A stretch of DNA of 64,000 bases, taken from Verrucomicrobiota bacterium. Its GTDB lineage: Bacteria > Verrucomicrobiota > Verrucomicrobiia > Chthoniobacterales > UBA6821. Below the pieces are notes generated by a model that worked only from the letters and a program-made list of their open reading frames with translations, was not told the origin of the DNA and did no database searches. The DNA lies in NCBI GenBank assembly GCA_021413925.1, contig JAIOPL010000002.1:9655-73654 (forward strand), given 5' to 3'. A program made the translations under genes and the position numbers. Below, piece by piece: positions 22,460 to 31,882 of this stretch (positions are counted from its first letter, which is position 1; the number at the start of each line of letters is the position of its first letter).

Positions 22460-23398
22460 TTAGCAAGGGGCAAGTTGTGATTTTTTGATGAGGCATTGGA
22501 GGTGGATGAGGAGCTTGCGCATGGCCGCGACGATGGCGCATTTGTAGGGTTTTCCCCTGTCTCGAAGACCTTGGACATAGGCTGAGATCACCGGGTTGCA
22601 GGAGGCTGCGGTATGGGCGGCCATATAGAGGCACTTACGCACCTTGGCTCGGCCTCCTTGGATGGATCTTCTGCCCGACATCTTGCCGCTGTCGCGGTTG
22701 AAGGGTGCAAGGCCAGCAAGGGCGACGAGTTTATTGCGATCCAGGTGGTCCATCTCGGTGAGATAGGCCAGCAGAGTCCAAGCAGTGACCTTGCCCACCC
22801 CTTTGACCGACTGCATGGTCAGGGAACGTGACTTCAGGAGGGGCGTGGAGTCCACGAGTTGGCTGATGGCCTTGTCCATCACGGCAATCTCCTTTTCGAG
22901 GATTTTCATCATGCGCTTGATGGATCGATGGATGAGAGCCTCACTGTTCTGGAGGCGGTTTTTCTCCCTAGCCATCTGCTCTACCAGATGCTCCCGCCGG
23001 TCGAGAAGGGCCGCCAACTTGAGGCTCTCCTGCGAGGGGGGATCAATGGCTTCCAAGGCTTTGCTTTTGGCAAAAGCCAGGATCATCCGGGTATCGATGG
23101 GATCGGTCTTGGCCCGAACCCCCTCGCTACGGGCAAAGTCTCGAACCCTTGCCGGGTTGAGCATTGCCTGCGGGATGGCTGACTTGCCAAGGAAGGCAGC
23201 GAGCTCTCGCTCGTAGCCCCCCGAAGCCTCATAAACCACCAGAGGCTTCTGACACCCCTTGAGGTGGACGAGAAGCTTGCGATGCCCAATGGAGTTGTTC
23301 TCCACGGTAAAGGCTTTCTTGTCGTCCTGGACTTGCAGGGTGGCTTTAGACACGTCGATGGCGACGTAATGGATGTTTGCTGTGTTCTGCGTGTTCAT
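22460..23398 (-). CDS. IS110-family transposase
   Basis: N-terminal 'YVAIDVSKATL' (DEDD/RuvC-like) and a C-terminal helix-hairpin-helix-like region 'SVKGVGKVTAWTLLAYL..LAGLAPFNRDSG'. Confidence 0.9.
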   Translation of the reverse strand: MNTQNTANIHYVAIDVSKATLQVQDDKKAFTVENNSIGHRKLLVHLKGCQKPLVVYEASGGYERELAAFLGKSAIPQAMLNPARVRDFARSEGVRAKTDPIDTRMILAFAKSKALEAIDPPSQESLKLAALLDRREHLVEQMAREKNRLQNSEALIHRSIKRMMKILEKEIAVMDKAISQLVDSTPLLKSRSLTMQSVKGVGKVTAWTLLAYLTEMDHLDRNKLVALAGLAPFNRDSGKMSGRRSIQGGRAKVRKCLYMAAHTAASCNPVISAYVQGLRDRGKPYKCAIVAAMRKLLIHLQCLIKKSQLAPC

Positions 23399-23640
23399 GG
23401 CTGTTCTCGGTCTTGTGGAGGTGAGCTCACCACGCTATTTTGCGTGCGGCTCTGTCAACTGTTTGAGATGAAGCCAAGATGCTGCAGGGGATCGCTGCTC
23501 CGCGTTGAACTCGGCTAACGCCGGTTCGAGGCGCAGATTGATCTCTCCCGCAGCTTCCCCGGCCCTCAGGCTAGAGGGTCGGGGATTCTTGGCTCTCCCA
23601 ACCTTTGCCAGATCGGGAAAGTTTTCCTGCAAAATCTGCT
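23399..23640 (-). ncRNA. Candidate bridge-RNA-type structured leader of the IS110 element
   Basis: The region immediately 5' of the transposase contains a 12-nt palindrome ggtgagctcacc (23420-23431) and several 5-7 bp hairpins. IS110-family elements are known to encode a guide ncRNA in this position. The extent is a guess. Confidence 0.25.
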
Positions 23641-23975
23641 CCCTTCGGGCCGAAGGGATTGGAAGGAAAACGGAGTTCTTCCCAAACCGGTAGCTCTGGC
23701 TTAGCGCCAGCGCCCGAGCTGTGCGACTCGGGCTGCCGCTACCTTGCCCTTCCGGGCATTTGCGAATAACTCCTTGAATCTCCATATTCCGAGACCTACA
23801 AGGCGCTGAGTCGCAGAGTTAGGGAAATAGGATTTACAGGGATGAAGGGGATAATTAATAGGGAACTCAGAGGGCAGAATTTTTAAACCAGTTCCAAAAA
23901 TCTCTGCGTCCCTGCGCCTCTGCGGGAAAATCAAATTTGCTTTTGGAGTGTCGCCCTCGGGAGTATTGTAAAACC

Positions 23976-24539
23976 ATGCCGATTGCGTTCAAAGAGTGGG
24001 CCCTTGTCTGCGAAGCTCTCGGGAGCGGTGAGCAGAGTGTCCTTCTGCGCAAGGGAGGAATCGCCGAGGGGAAGAGCGGATTCGGGTTCGATCACAATGA
24101 GTTTTATCTCTTTCCCACGTGGTTCCATGGCCAGGTGGAGAAGATCCGCAAAGCAGATGTCGCCCTTCCCGAACAGGCACCCGATCAGGTGACTGTGAGT
24201 TATGCAGCTCATCTCGAATGGAGTGGTCGCATTGCCGACAAGGAGACCGCTCATTGCCTGAGCGAGCTTCACGTGCTCGATGCCTCGGTGATCGAGGAGC
24301 GTTTTGTCTACGATACGGGTTCAGGATCCCTGGGCGGAAACGGCATCAATGTGGCCTTTGTCCGTGTCTACAGACTGGAACCTGCCACCACGCTCCCGAT
24401 GCAGGCGAGTTTCGGAGGCTGCCGCTCCTGGGTGGAGCTTCCGGAGGAGGATTTCGGAACCATGGTCTCGGTCCTGAGCGACGAGGAACATGGGCGGCGC
24501 AAGGAAGTTTTCGCGCGGGTACTCGGCTTGACATTCTAG
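23976..24539 (+). CDS. DUF1802-family protein
   Basis: N-terminus 'MPIAFKEWALVCEALGSGEQSVLLRKGGIAE' matches my recollection of DUF1802. Confidence 0.65.
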   Translation: MPIAFKEWALVCEALGSGEQSVLLRKGGIAEGKSGFGFDHNEFYLFPTWFHGQVEKIRKADVALPEQAPDQVTVSYAAHLEWSGRIADKETAHCLSELHVLDASVIEERFVYDTGSGSLGGNGINVAFVRVYRLEPATTLPMQASFGGCRSWVELPEEDFGTMVSVLSDEEHGRRKEVFARVLGLTF

Positions 24540-24636
24540 GGAAGCGATCTCTCCGAGTGGGACTCGACGGGAAATTTTGCGCCGTGCCGATGGCCGAGCT
24601 GGATTTTCCGACAGGCCTCCCTATGATCCCTAGTCC

Positions 24637-26235
24637 ATGAAGTATATTTTCGTCACAGGTGGTGTGGTCAGTTCTCTCGGAAAGGGCCTCGCGGCCGCTT
24701 CCTTGGGTACTCTGCTGGAGCATCGCGGGCTGCGCGTGACGCTGCAGAAACTCGATCCCTACCTGAATGTCGACCCGGGCACGATGAATCCCCTCCAGCA
24801 CGGCGAGGTCTATGTCCTTGCCGACGGAGCTGAAACGGATCTCGATCTCGGGCACTACGAGCGCTTCACGAAATGCGAGCTGACCCGTGATAACAACCTC
24901 ACCAGCGGCCAGGTCTATGAGACGGTCCTCGCGAAGGAACGCCGCGGCGACTATCTCGGCAAGACGGTCCAGGTGATCCCCCATATCACCGACGAGATCA
25001 AAAGCCGTATTCGCAGCTTCGAGAAGACCGGCAAGGCCGACATCCTCATCACGGAAATCGGCGGCACCACCGGTGACATCGAGGGCCTTCCCTTCCTCGA
25101 GGCGATCCGTCAGTTCATCCTGCAGGTAGGTCATGAGAACGCGATCCTGATGCACGTGACCCTCGTCCCCTACATCAAGGCCGCCGGTGAGCTGAAGACC
25201 AAGCCGACCCAACAGAGCGTCGCCAAGCTGCGCGAGATCGGGCTCCAGCCCGAGGTGCTGATCTGCCGCACCGAGAAGCCGCTCGAAACGGATGTCCGCG
25301 AAAAGCTCTCCCTCTATTGCAACGTTCCTATCAGCTCGGTGATCGAGGCAAGGGATGTCGAGAACTCCATTTACGAATTCCCGCTGATGTTGCAGACGGA
25401 GGGGCTGGATGAGAAGGTCTGTCAGCTTCTCCATCTGGATACGCGACCGGCCGACATGGAGCGCTGGAAGATGGTCGTCCATTCAATCGTGAATCCGTCA
25501 CGACGGGTCAAGATCGCCGTGGTCGGCAAGTATGTGGAGTTGCAGGATGCCTACAAGAGCATCTATGAGTCGCTCTGCCATGCGGGAGGTGCCAACGACT
25601 GCGGCGTCGACTTGGAGATCGTGGATGCCGAGCAGATCGAGGCTGAGGGGGCCGAAATTTTTCTGAGTGGTGTCTCTGGTATCCTTGTTCCCGGTGGCTT
25701 CGGCGACCGTGGGACCGAGGGGAAGATTGCAGCCGCCCGGTATGCCAGGGAGAACAAGATTCCTTTCCTCGGCATCTGCCTAGGCATGCAGATCGCGACG
25801 ATCGAGTTTGCCAGGAATGTCTGCGGATTGGAGGGAGCTAACAGTACGGAGTTTGAACCCGCGACCCCGCATCCCGTCATTGCGCTGCTTGACGACCAGA
25901 AGGAAGTGACCGGCAAGGGTGGGTCGATGCGCCTCGGTTCCTGGCCCGCCTTGCTGAAGGCCGATTCGCTCGCTCACAAGATCTACGGGCAGCCTGAGAT
26001 CGCCGAGCGTCACCGTCACCGCTACGAGTTCAACAACGCCTACCGTGAGCGCATGGAGGAGAAGGGTTTGGTCATTTCCGGCACCTCTCCGGATGGTTCA
26101 CTTGTCGAGATCATCGAGTACCGCGACCACCCCTGGTTCATCGCCGTACAGTTCCACCCGGAGTTCCTCAGCAAGCCCGAGGCACCGCATCCGCTCTTCG
26201 ACGAGTTTATTCGGGCCTCGCTTGCCAACGCCTGA
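24637..26235 (+). CDS. pyrG: CTP synthase
   Basis: Motif '[17 protein letters not shown]' and glutamine amidotransferase motif 'GICLGMQ'. Confidence 0.97.
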   Translation: MKYIFVTGGVVSSLGKGLAAASLGTLLEHRGLRVTLQKLDPYLNVDPGTMNPLQHGEVYVLADGAETDLDLGHYERFTKCELTRDNNLTSGQVYETVLAKERRGDYLGKTVQVIPHITDEIKSRIRSFEKTGKADILITEIGGTTGDIEGLPFLEAIRQFILQVGHENAILMHVTLVPYIKAAGELKTKPTQQSVAKLREIGLQPEVLICRTEKPLETDVREKLSLYCNVPISSVIEARDVENSIYEFPLMLQTEGLDEKVCQLLHLDTRPADMERWKMVVHSIVNPSRRVKIAVVGKYVELQDAYKSIYESLCHAGGANDCGVDLEIVDAEQIEAEGAEIFLSGVSGILVPGGFGDRGTEGKIAAARYARENKIPFLGICLGMQIATIEFARNVCGLEGANSTEFEPATPHPVIALLDDQKEVTGKGGSMRLGSWPALLKADSLAHKIYGQPEIAERHRHRYEFNNAYRERMEEKGLVISGTSPDGSLVEIIEYRDHPWFIAVQFHPEFLSKPEAPHPLFDEFIRASLANA

Positions 26236-26261
26236 ATATTTCAACCCCCAAAAACGTTCTC

Positions 26262-27315
26262 ATGAGCGAAACCAAGGATCTTGAGAGGATGGTCGAATTC
26301 GAGTTCGTCCGCGCCACGGAAAACGCGGCCCTCCACTCCATGCAATGGATGGGGAGAGGTGACAAGGAGGCTGCCGATGAGGCCGCCTGCGACGCCATCA
26401 AGGGGATGTTCGATCTGGTCGACATCCGCGGAGAGGTCGTGATCGGAGAGGGGATCAAGGACAATGCTCCCGGGATATTTCTAGGCGACAAGTTGGGTCG
26501 CTGGGGGGAGGGGGATCCCCGTTTCGATATCGCCCTCGATCCAATCGATGGGACCAGCAACATCTCCAAGGGGATGCCCAACTCGATTTCCGTCATGTCC
26601 GCAGTCCTTGTCCCTGATGGCAAGGAGCGCAGCATGGTCAATATCCCGAGCTTTTATGTGGAAAAGTTGGCCTATGGTGCCCGCGTGGAGCGCTGCATCC
26701 TCGACGGTACTATCGCGCCAATCTCGCTGGATGACCCCCTTCGAGCAGACATTGGAGCATGTCGCCAAGGCTCTGGGAAAAAGAATCGGCGAACTAGTGG
26801 TGACGGTTCTGGACCGCCCCCGCAATCAAACTTACACGGATGCCGTGCGTCGTGCTGGCGCCTCGCTGCGACTGATCGCCGATGGAGATATCACGGCGGC
26901 TGTGGCTCCTTCCCTGCATGATTCCGGGATCGATCTCTACGTGGGACGGGGAGGTGCTCCCGAGGGAATTCTGACTGCGGCAGCCCTGAAAGCCCTGGGA
27001 GGGGATATCCTGCTGCGCATGTGGCCTCGTGATGAGGAGGAGCGGGCGGAGTTATTAAAAACGCTGACTCCCGCCGATCTGGAGCGCGTTTACCACCGTG
27101 ATGACCTAGTCCATGGTGACAGTGCCATCTTCTGCGCGACCGGCATCAGTGATAGTCCCATGCTGCCCGGGGTGAAGCTGATCGGCAAGACCGCCATCAC
27201 GCACTCGATCCTCATGCGTTCCCGGAGCAAGACGGTCCGGTATATCAGGGCCGTGCATGATCTTGAGGTAAAGACCATTCATCTGCGCAGCCTGCGGGGT
27301 GAGGAGCATCTCTAG
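26262..27315 (+). pseudogene. glpX: Class II fructose-1,6-bisphosphatase (GlpX) split by a +1 frameshift
   Basis: The N-terminal half sits in the frame of 26262 and the C-terminal half in the frame of 26548. The frames meet at a C5 run (26735-26739). Removing one C gives a continuous '..ISLDDPFEQTLEHVAKALGK..'. Confidence 0.85.
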
Positions 27316-27406
27316 GGGGATTTGGGAGATTTTATCGGGGAAGCATCTTTTCCGATACAATTCAGGAATTGCTTTTCGTGGGGAGAAAGCTCATCACTTG
27401 TCGGAT

Positions 27407-28366
27407 ATGAGCATGAACCAACTCGAAGCCCTCAAGCAATTCACCACCGTTGTCGCCGACACGGGCAATTTCGCCGAGATCAAGAAGTTCCAGCCCCAGG
27501 ATGCCACGACGAACCCCTCGCTCATCCTAAAGGCTGTTCTCCAGCCTGAGTATCGCACGCTTCTCGACAAGGCGATCGCCGACAACAAGGGATCCAGTCT
27601 CTCCGGTTCTGCTCTCTGGAAGAAGATTATCGACGACACGCTTATCCTGTTCGGCTGTGAGATTCTCAAGATCGTACCCGGTCGCGTCAGCACCGAAGTG
27701 GATGCCCGCCTCTCCTTTGACACCGAGGCCACCCTCGAGAAGGCCCGCTATCTGATCGGCCTCTACAAGAGCGTTGGCATCGACCGCGAGCGCGTCCTGA
27801 TCAAGATCGCATCTTCCTGGGAGGGTATCCGTGCCGCTGAAATTCTCCAGAAGGAAGGCATCAACTGCAACCTGACCCTCATGTTCTCGATGCCCCAGGC
27901 TGTCGCCTGCGCCGAGGCCAAGGCACGTCTTATCTCTCCCTTTGTCGGTCGTATCTACGACTATTACAAGGCGACCACCGGCAAGGAATATGTCGGCATG
28001 GAGGACCCTGGTGTCCAGTCGGTGCACAAGATCTACAACTACTTCAAGAAGTTCGGCTACGAGACCCAGGTCATGGGTGCCAGCTTCCGCAACACCGGCG
28101 AAATCGTTGCGCTTGCAGGCTGCGATCTCCTCACCATCAGCCCTGATATCCTTGAGAAGCTGGAGCAGTCCACGGAGCCGATGCCCCGCGTCCTGAGCCC
28201 CGAGGCCGCCAAGGAGATGGAGATCGAGCGGATTCCTTTCGATGAGAAGAGCTTCCGCTGGCTCTTGAACGAAGATGCTATGGCCACCGATAAGCTGGCC
28301 GAGGGCATCCGCAAGTTCGGCGCCGACATCGTCAAGCTCGAGGGCATGATCGCTCAGGCTTGCTGA
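27407..28366 (+). CDS. tal: Transaldolase
   Basis: Motifs '[16 protein letters not shown]' and active-site lysine context 'IKIASSWEG'. Start is the internal ATG at 27407. Confidence 0.93.
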   Translation: MSMNQLEALKQFTTVVADTGNFAEIKKFQPQDATTNPSLILKAVLQPEYRTLLDKAIADNKGSSLSGSALWKKIIDDTLILFGCEILKIVPGRVSTEVDARLSFDTEATLEKARYLIGLYKSVGIDRERVLIKIASSWEGIRAAEILQKEGINCNLTLMFSMPQAVACAEAKARLISPFVGRIYDYYKATTGKEYVGMEDPGVQSVHKIYNYFKKFGYETQVMGASFRNTGEIVALAGCDLLTISPDILEKLEQSTEPMPRVLSPEAAKEMEIERIPFDEKSFRWLLNEDAMATDKLAEGIRKFGADIVKLEGMIAQAC

Positions 28367-28406
28367 TCACGTACTCTATACTACCTTTTCGAGTCCTACC
28401 CTTCCC

Positions 28407-29105
28407 ATGATGATCAAACGCTTCCTTCCGCTTCTCCTGGCCGCAGCTCTTACGGGTTGTGCCACGGCACAGGTTCCCACCTCAGCAAAGGTGGGGGGAG
28501 CGGGCGATGATCATCCAGGCTCGGTACCCGTGCTGCTGGGACTCGATCCTGTCCGTCAGGATCTGAAGCTCTCCTCCCTGCAGTGCGCCCTGCTTGACTC
28601 CCTCAGGACCGAGTACAAGTCTCGCGCGAAGCAAATCACCGCGATCGGCATGGCTGATGAGGATGCCGGAATCCGTGCCAACTGGGACTTGAAGTCCTTG
28701 AGGAAGAAATTCAACCAGCGTGCACTCGCCGTTCTTAGTTCCTCCCAACAGGATCGCCTCCGCCAGATCGAGCGCCAGATGCTCAATGGCAATCTTCTGA
28801 CCTCGCCCTCCGAGCAGCAGTTGCTCGGTCTCTCCACCCAGCAGCAGCAGCAGCTTGCCGGGATCGCCCAATCCTCGACGGCAAAGGTCGCTGCGCTCAA
28901 CTCCCAGTCCGCCTCTGGAAAGCTTTCCCCGTTCTGGTCCGACATCAAGCGCCGCCAGATCCAGAGCGGCTCCTCCAATCAGATGCTTTCTGTCCTGACC
29001 GCGAGTCAGAAAAAACAGTGGCTCGTTCTGAGTGGTCAGAAGATGGGCCTGCCCAAGTTCAGCGATCCAAACGCGAACACGAAATCCCTATTCGAAGGCT
29101 ATTAA
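28407..29105 (+). CDS. Periplasmic LTXXQ-motif (Spy/CpxP-like) lipoprotein
   Basis: Lipobox 'ALTGC' and repeated L(S/T)xxQ motifs (LSSLQ, LSSSQ, LSTQQ, LTASQ). Confidence 0.55.
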   Translation: MMIKRFLPLLLAAALTGCATAQVPTSAKVGGAGDDHPGSVPVLLGLDPVRQDLKLSSLQCALLDSLRTEYKSRAKQITAIGMADEDAGIRANWDLKSLRKKFNQRALAVLSSSQQDRLRQIERQMLNGNLLTSPSEQQLLGLSTQQQQQLAGIAQSSTAKVAALNSQSASGKLSPFWSDIKRRQIQSGSSNQMLSVLTASQKKQWLVLSGQKMGLPKFSDPNANTKSLFEGY

Positions 29106-29115
29106 TCGCCAGTCG

Positions 29116-29150
29116 GGGCATCGTTGGAACGATGCCCTTGCTGTTCGTTT
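29116..29150 (+). terminator. Candidate intrinsic terminator between the LTXXQ paralogues
   Basis: 9-bp stem gggcatcgt/acgatgccc with loop tgga, followed by a T-rich tail ttgctgttcgtttt. Confidence 0.55.
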
Positions 29151-29183
29151 TCAAGCTAGCAACTCCAATTTTTCAGATATCCA

Positions 29184-29813
29184 ATGAAACGTTTCCTTTT
29201 CCTGCCACTACTTGCCCTGACTCTGGCATCCGCCTCATCAGCCACGATCCCCACCGCCTCGACGTCCGACAGCATTTCCTACATGCCTGTCCTGCTAAAC
29301 CAACCAGCCGTCTGCAATGATCTGAAACTCACCCCCATCCAGAAGGCCCGCATCGATGCGATTCGCGCCGAGTGCAGGGCCAAGGTTGGCATTGTCTCGG
29401 CTACTGGTCTGCTCGATACCACTCTCGACAGTAAGGCAGAGAAGAAACTCGCCTCCTATCACGCCTCCTGCAATCAGCGTGTGCTCAGGATCCTGACACC
29501 TGCCCAGAGGATCCGCTTCCGTGAGATCGAACGACAGTTCCAAGGAGGACTGTTTCTCCTTTCACCGAGCGAACAGAATCTTCTCAAACTAACACCCAAT
29601 CAGCGCCATAAGGCCGCTGAAATCCGCTCCGTTGACTCTGCCAAGGCTGCCGAGGTCCAGAAATCCTTTCTGGCTGGCAAGAAGTCCAATCTTCGCAGTG
29701 ATATCGACCTGCATCAGATCCATCGCACGACTGCAAGGAGTCTTCTTCATCTGCTGACTCCCGAGCAGCAAAGGGAGTGGCTGGCATCACTCGGCGCTCC
29801 ATTAAAGAAATAG
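29184..29813 (+). CDS. Periplasmic LTXXQ-motif protein, paralogue of 28407-29105
   Basis: Signal peptide and motifs LTPIQ, LTPAQ, LTPNQ and LTPEQ at similar spacing. Confidence 0.55.
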   Translation: MKRFLFLPLLALTLASASSATIPTASTSDSISYMPVLLNQPAVCNDLKLTPIQKARIDAIRAECRAKVGIVSATGLLDTTLDSKAEKKLASYHASCNQRVLRILTPAQRIRFREIERQFQGGLFLLSPSEQNLLKLTPNQRHKAAEIRSVDSAKAAEVQKSFLAGKKSNLRSDIDLHQIHRTTARSLLHLLTPEQQREWLASLGAPLKK

Positions 29814-29944
29814 GGATTGGTCCTTTCTGAAAACCTTGCTGGGCATCACTGCGGGAGATTTTCAGTTTCTGATCTAGAGCATCTTCTAGTCAATCTGTCG
29901 CTTGAGGGGAGACTGCATGATTAATCTGGAACTCAGAATACCGC

Positions 29945-30016
29945 GCCTTGGGAGAGGCTGGGATAGACTACCGAAGGTAGCCCAAAGGGTGAGACGAGTG
30001 GGAACGAGCGAATCAA
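29945..30016 (+). repeat. Two-hairpin repeat core, GAA-triloop subtype, copy 1
   Basis: HP1 is gcct-tgggag-aggc. HP2 is ggg-ataga-ctacc-gaa-ggtag-ccc. The tail is gggtgagacgagtgggaacgagcgaatcaa. Confidence 0.8.
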
Positions 30017-30182
30017 ACGAAAGGAATATTGTTTCCTGAGTTGGCTGGCCCGGCCGTTGCTTCGCAGCCGTTACGGATGAGTTCCAGATTCATTCTCTCT
30101 TTCCCACCCTTATTCAGAGCGTCAGAATAAATCAAAAACGCTCTAATAGCCTACAGCCTAAACCGCTACAGCCTTTCGGGCT

Positions 30183-31256
30183 TCACTTCAGCTCCGGAGG
30201 GAGAGGCAAGTTCTTGATCTGTTGAACGGCGTTGCGGTGGCAGACAAGGATGGCGTCCTCTGTCTCGACAACCACAAGGTCGCTTACCCCGCAGAGGGCG
30301 ATCGTCCGCTTGCCGGCGACGACGATATTGCGCCCGGCGTCGAGGGTAACGACCCGGCCTTGCAGGGTATTCTCCTGAGCATCCTTGCCGAGGTGATCAG
30401 GGAGGGCGGTCCAGGAACCAACATCATCCCAGTCATACTCGGCGATAGCTGCCACGACGCTGGTGGCCTTCTCCATGATAGCGAAATCGACGGAGATCTT
30501 GGGAAGCTTGGGAAAAGCTTCTGCAAGATAGGCGCTAAAGGAACCCACGGAACCCGAGGATGGGAATCCCAAGATAAAGCGTTCCAGCTCGGGCTGCTGC
30601 TTACGGCACTCTTCCAGAAAGGTCGCGGCCTGCCAAAGGAACATCCCGGCATTCCACCCATGCTTCTTTCCAAGGAAGAAGTCTTGTGCACGGTCGGCAT
30701 GCGGCTTCTCAATAAAGCGCTCGACGGAGACGATACGGGTGGTGCCCGGTGCGGAAATCGGCGCTCCAAGTTGGAGGTAGCCGAAGCCGGTCGAGGCATG
30801 GGTCGGGGTAATCGAGAAGGTCAGGATGGAGGTATTCACTGCCACGAATTCCGTCGCCTCGGTCAGCTGTCTCCGGAAAGCGGTTGTATCATGGATCATG
30901 GCATCCGCCGGAAAGAGGCCAACGATAGCATCGGAATTGCGGCTTCTGGCGATTCCAGTCGCGAGTGCAGCGGCTGGGGCCGTGTCGCGCTTGGCCGGTT
31001 CGGCAATAATGTTCTCAGCAGGAAGGAATGGGACGGCAGCCAGCGTCGCCTCGATCTGGGCGACATTGGTCAGGATAAAGATCCGCTCAAAGGGAATAAC
31101 TCCCTCAAATCTGCGGACGGTTTGTTCTAAAAGGGTCTGCTCACCCAGAAGTTTTAGCAAATGCTTGGGAGTCGCTGTGCGACTGGCGGGCCAGAAGCGC
31201 TCACCACTCCCTCCCGCCATGATGAAGACGTGAAGACGATCTAGAGAGGAGGACAT
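30183..31256 (-). CDS. Mannose-1-phosphate guanylyltransferase-like nucleotidyltransferase
   Basis: The glycine-rich NTP-binding loop 'FIMAGGSGERFWPASR' follows the internal ATG at 31256. The upstream part of the ORF is a translation of a short-word repeat. Confidence 0.8.
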   Translation of the reverse strand: MSSSLDRLHVFIMAGGSGERFWPASRTATPKHLLKLLGEQTLLEQTVRRFEGVIPFERIFILTNVAQIEATLAAVPFLPAENIIAEPAKRDTAPAAALATGIARSRNSDAIVGLFPADAMIHDTTAFRRQLTEATEFVAVNTSILTFSITPTHASTGFGYLQLGAPISAPGTTRIVSVERFIEKPHADRAQDFFLGKKHGWNAGMFLWQAATFLEECRKQQPELERFILGFPSSGSVGSFSAYLAEAFPKLPKISVDFAIMEKATSVVAAIAEYDWDDVGSWTALPDHLGKDAQENTLQGRVVTLDAGRNIVVAGKRTIALCGVSDLVVVETEDAILVCHRNAVQQIKNLPLPPELK

Positions 31257-31380
31257 GGGGAAAGTGAAAAGTGAAAAGTAAAAAAGTGAAAGGTAGAAAA
31301 GTGAAAGGTAGAAAAGTGAACCAAGGCGGTGGGAACCGCCGCGGTAGACTACGACGCAGTCGTAGCCCGAAGGGCGGCAC
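31257..31380 (+). repeat. GTGAAAAG-word array plus two-hairpin core, GCA-triloop subtype, copy 3
   Basis: The word array spans 31257-31320. HP1 is ggcgg-tgggaa-ccgcc (31325-31340). HP2 is ctacgac-gca-gtcgtag (31349-31365). Confidence 0.8.
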
Positions 31381-31417
31381 GGCTTGCTGTTCATGCCCTT
31401 AGGTGTAACTTTGCGTC

Positions 31418-31642
31418 ATGCCTATTCGTATTGAGATAGATCAGGAGGAAGATGGTCGATGGATTGCCGAGATTCCTATGATTCCGGGCTGCATGAGCTA
31501 CGGCGTGACACGCAACAAGGCAATACGATCCGTTGAAGCCCTTGCCCTGCGCATCCTGGCCGATCAGGTCGAGGCAGGCGATGACCTGATTGCCAGCACC
31601 GCGTTCTACGCTTGGAAGGCAAGCCCCTGCTTGCAGCATTAA
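31418..31642 (+). CDS. HicB-like (UPF0150-type) antitoxin domain protein
   Basis: Translation 'IEIDQEEDGRWIAEIPMIPGCMSYGVTRNKAIRSVEALA' has the typical HicB N-terminal fold pattern. Confidence 0.7.
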   Translation: MPIRIEIDQEEDGRWIAEIPMIPGCMSYGVTRNKAIRSVEALALRILADQVEAGDDLIASTAFYAWKASPCLQH

Positions 31643-31666
31643 GATGCTCGAGCTAAGTTGCTCCCC

Positions 31667-31882
31667 ATGAGTAGTGAGATCATCTTTGAGGTCAGGGAAG
31701 ACGAGACTGAGGGGGGCTATACCGCCTCGGCGCTTGGATTTGGCATCCATACTCAGGGAGAGACCATGGAAGAAGTGCGATCCATGGTGAAAGAAGCGGT
31801 AGAGTGCTACTTCGAGGATGAAGCTGAATCACCCAGCGTCATCCGCCTTCACTTTGTCAGGGATGAAGTGATGGCACGATGA
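31667..31882 (+). CDS. hicB: HicB-family antitoxin
   Basis: Translation 'IIFEVREDETEGGYTASALGFGIHTQGETMEEVRSMVKEAVECYF'. There is an ATGA overlap with the downstream hicA. Confidence 0.75.
   Translation: MSSEIIFEVREDETEGGYTASALGFGIHTQGETMEEVRSMVKEAVECYFEDEAESPSVIRLHFVRDEVMAR

Larger units (their letters stand above)
22351..23800 (-). mobile_element. IS110-family insertion sequence (ends not resolved)
   Basis: A single DEDD-type transposase ORF is preceded by a roughly 400-nt hairpin-rich leader. No clear terminal inverted repeats are present, which is typical for this family. Confidence 0.6.

Noticed and set aside
23435-23785. 116-aa ORF upstream of the IS110 transposase, considered as an accessory gene.
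   Set aside because: It has no recognisable domain. The region is dense with hairpins and palindromes and lies where IS110 elements carry non-coding guide RNA. I treat it as non-coding leader.
26731-26745. Programmed ribosomal frameshift in glpX.
   Set aside because: The site is a plain C5 run with no recognisable slippery heptamer or downstream stimulatory structure. A homopolymer indel, real or from sequencing, is the simpler explanation.
31257-31320. Short-word arrays (GTGAAAAG, GGGAAATA, GCTGACA and others) considered as CRISPR arrays.
   Set aside because: The units are 7-15 nt and contiguous, with no unique spacers of 25-40 nt. There are no cas genes, and the repeat sequences differ between arrays.
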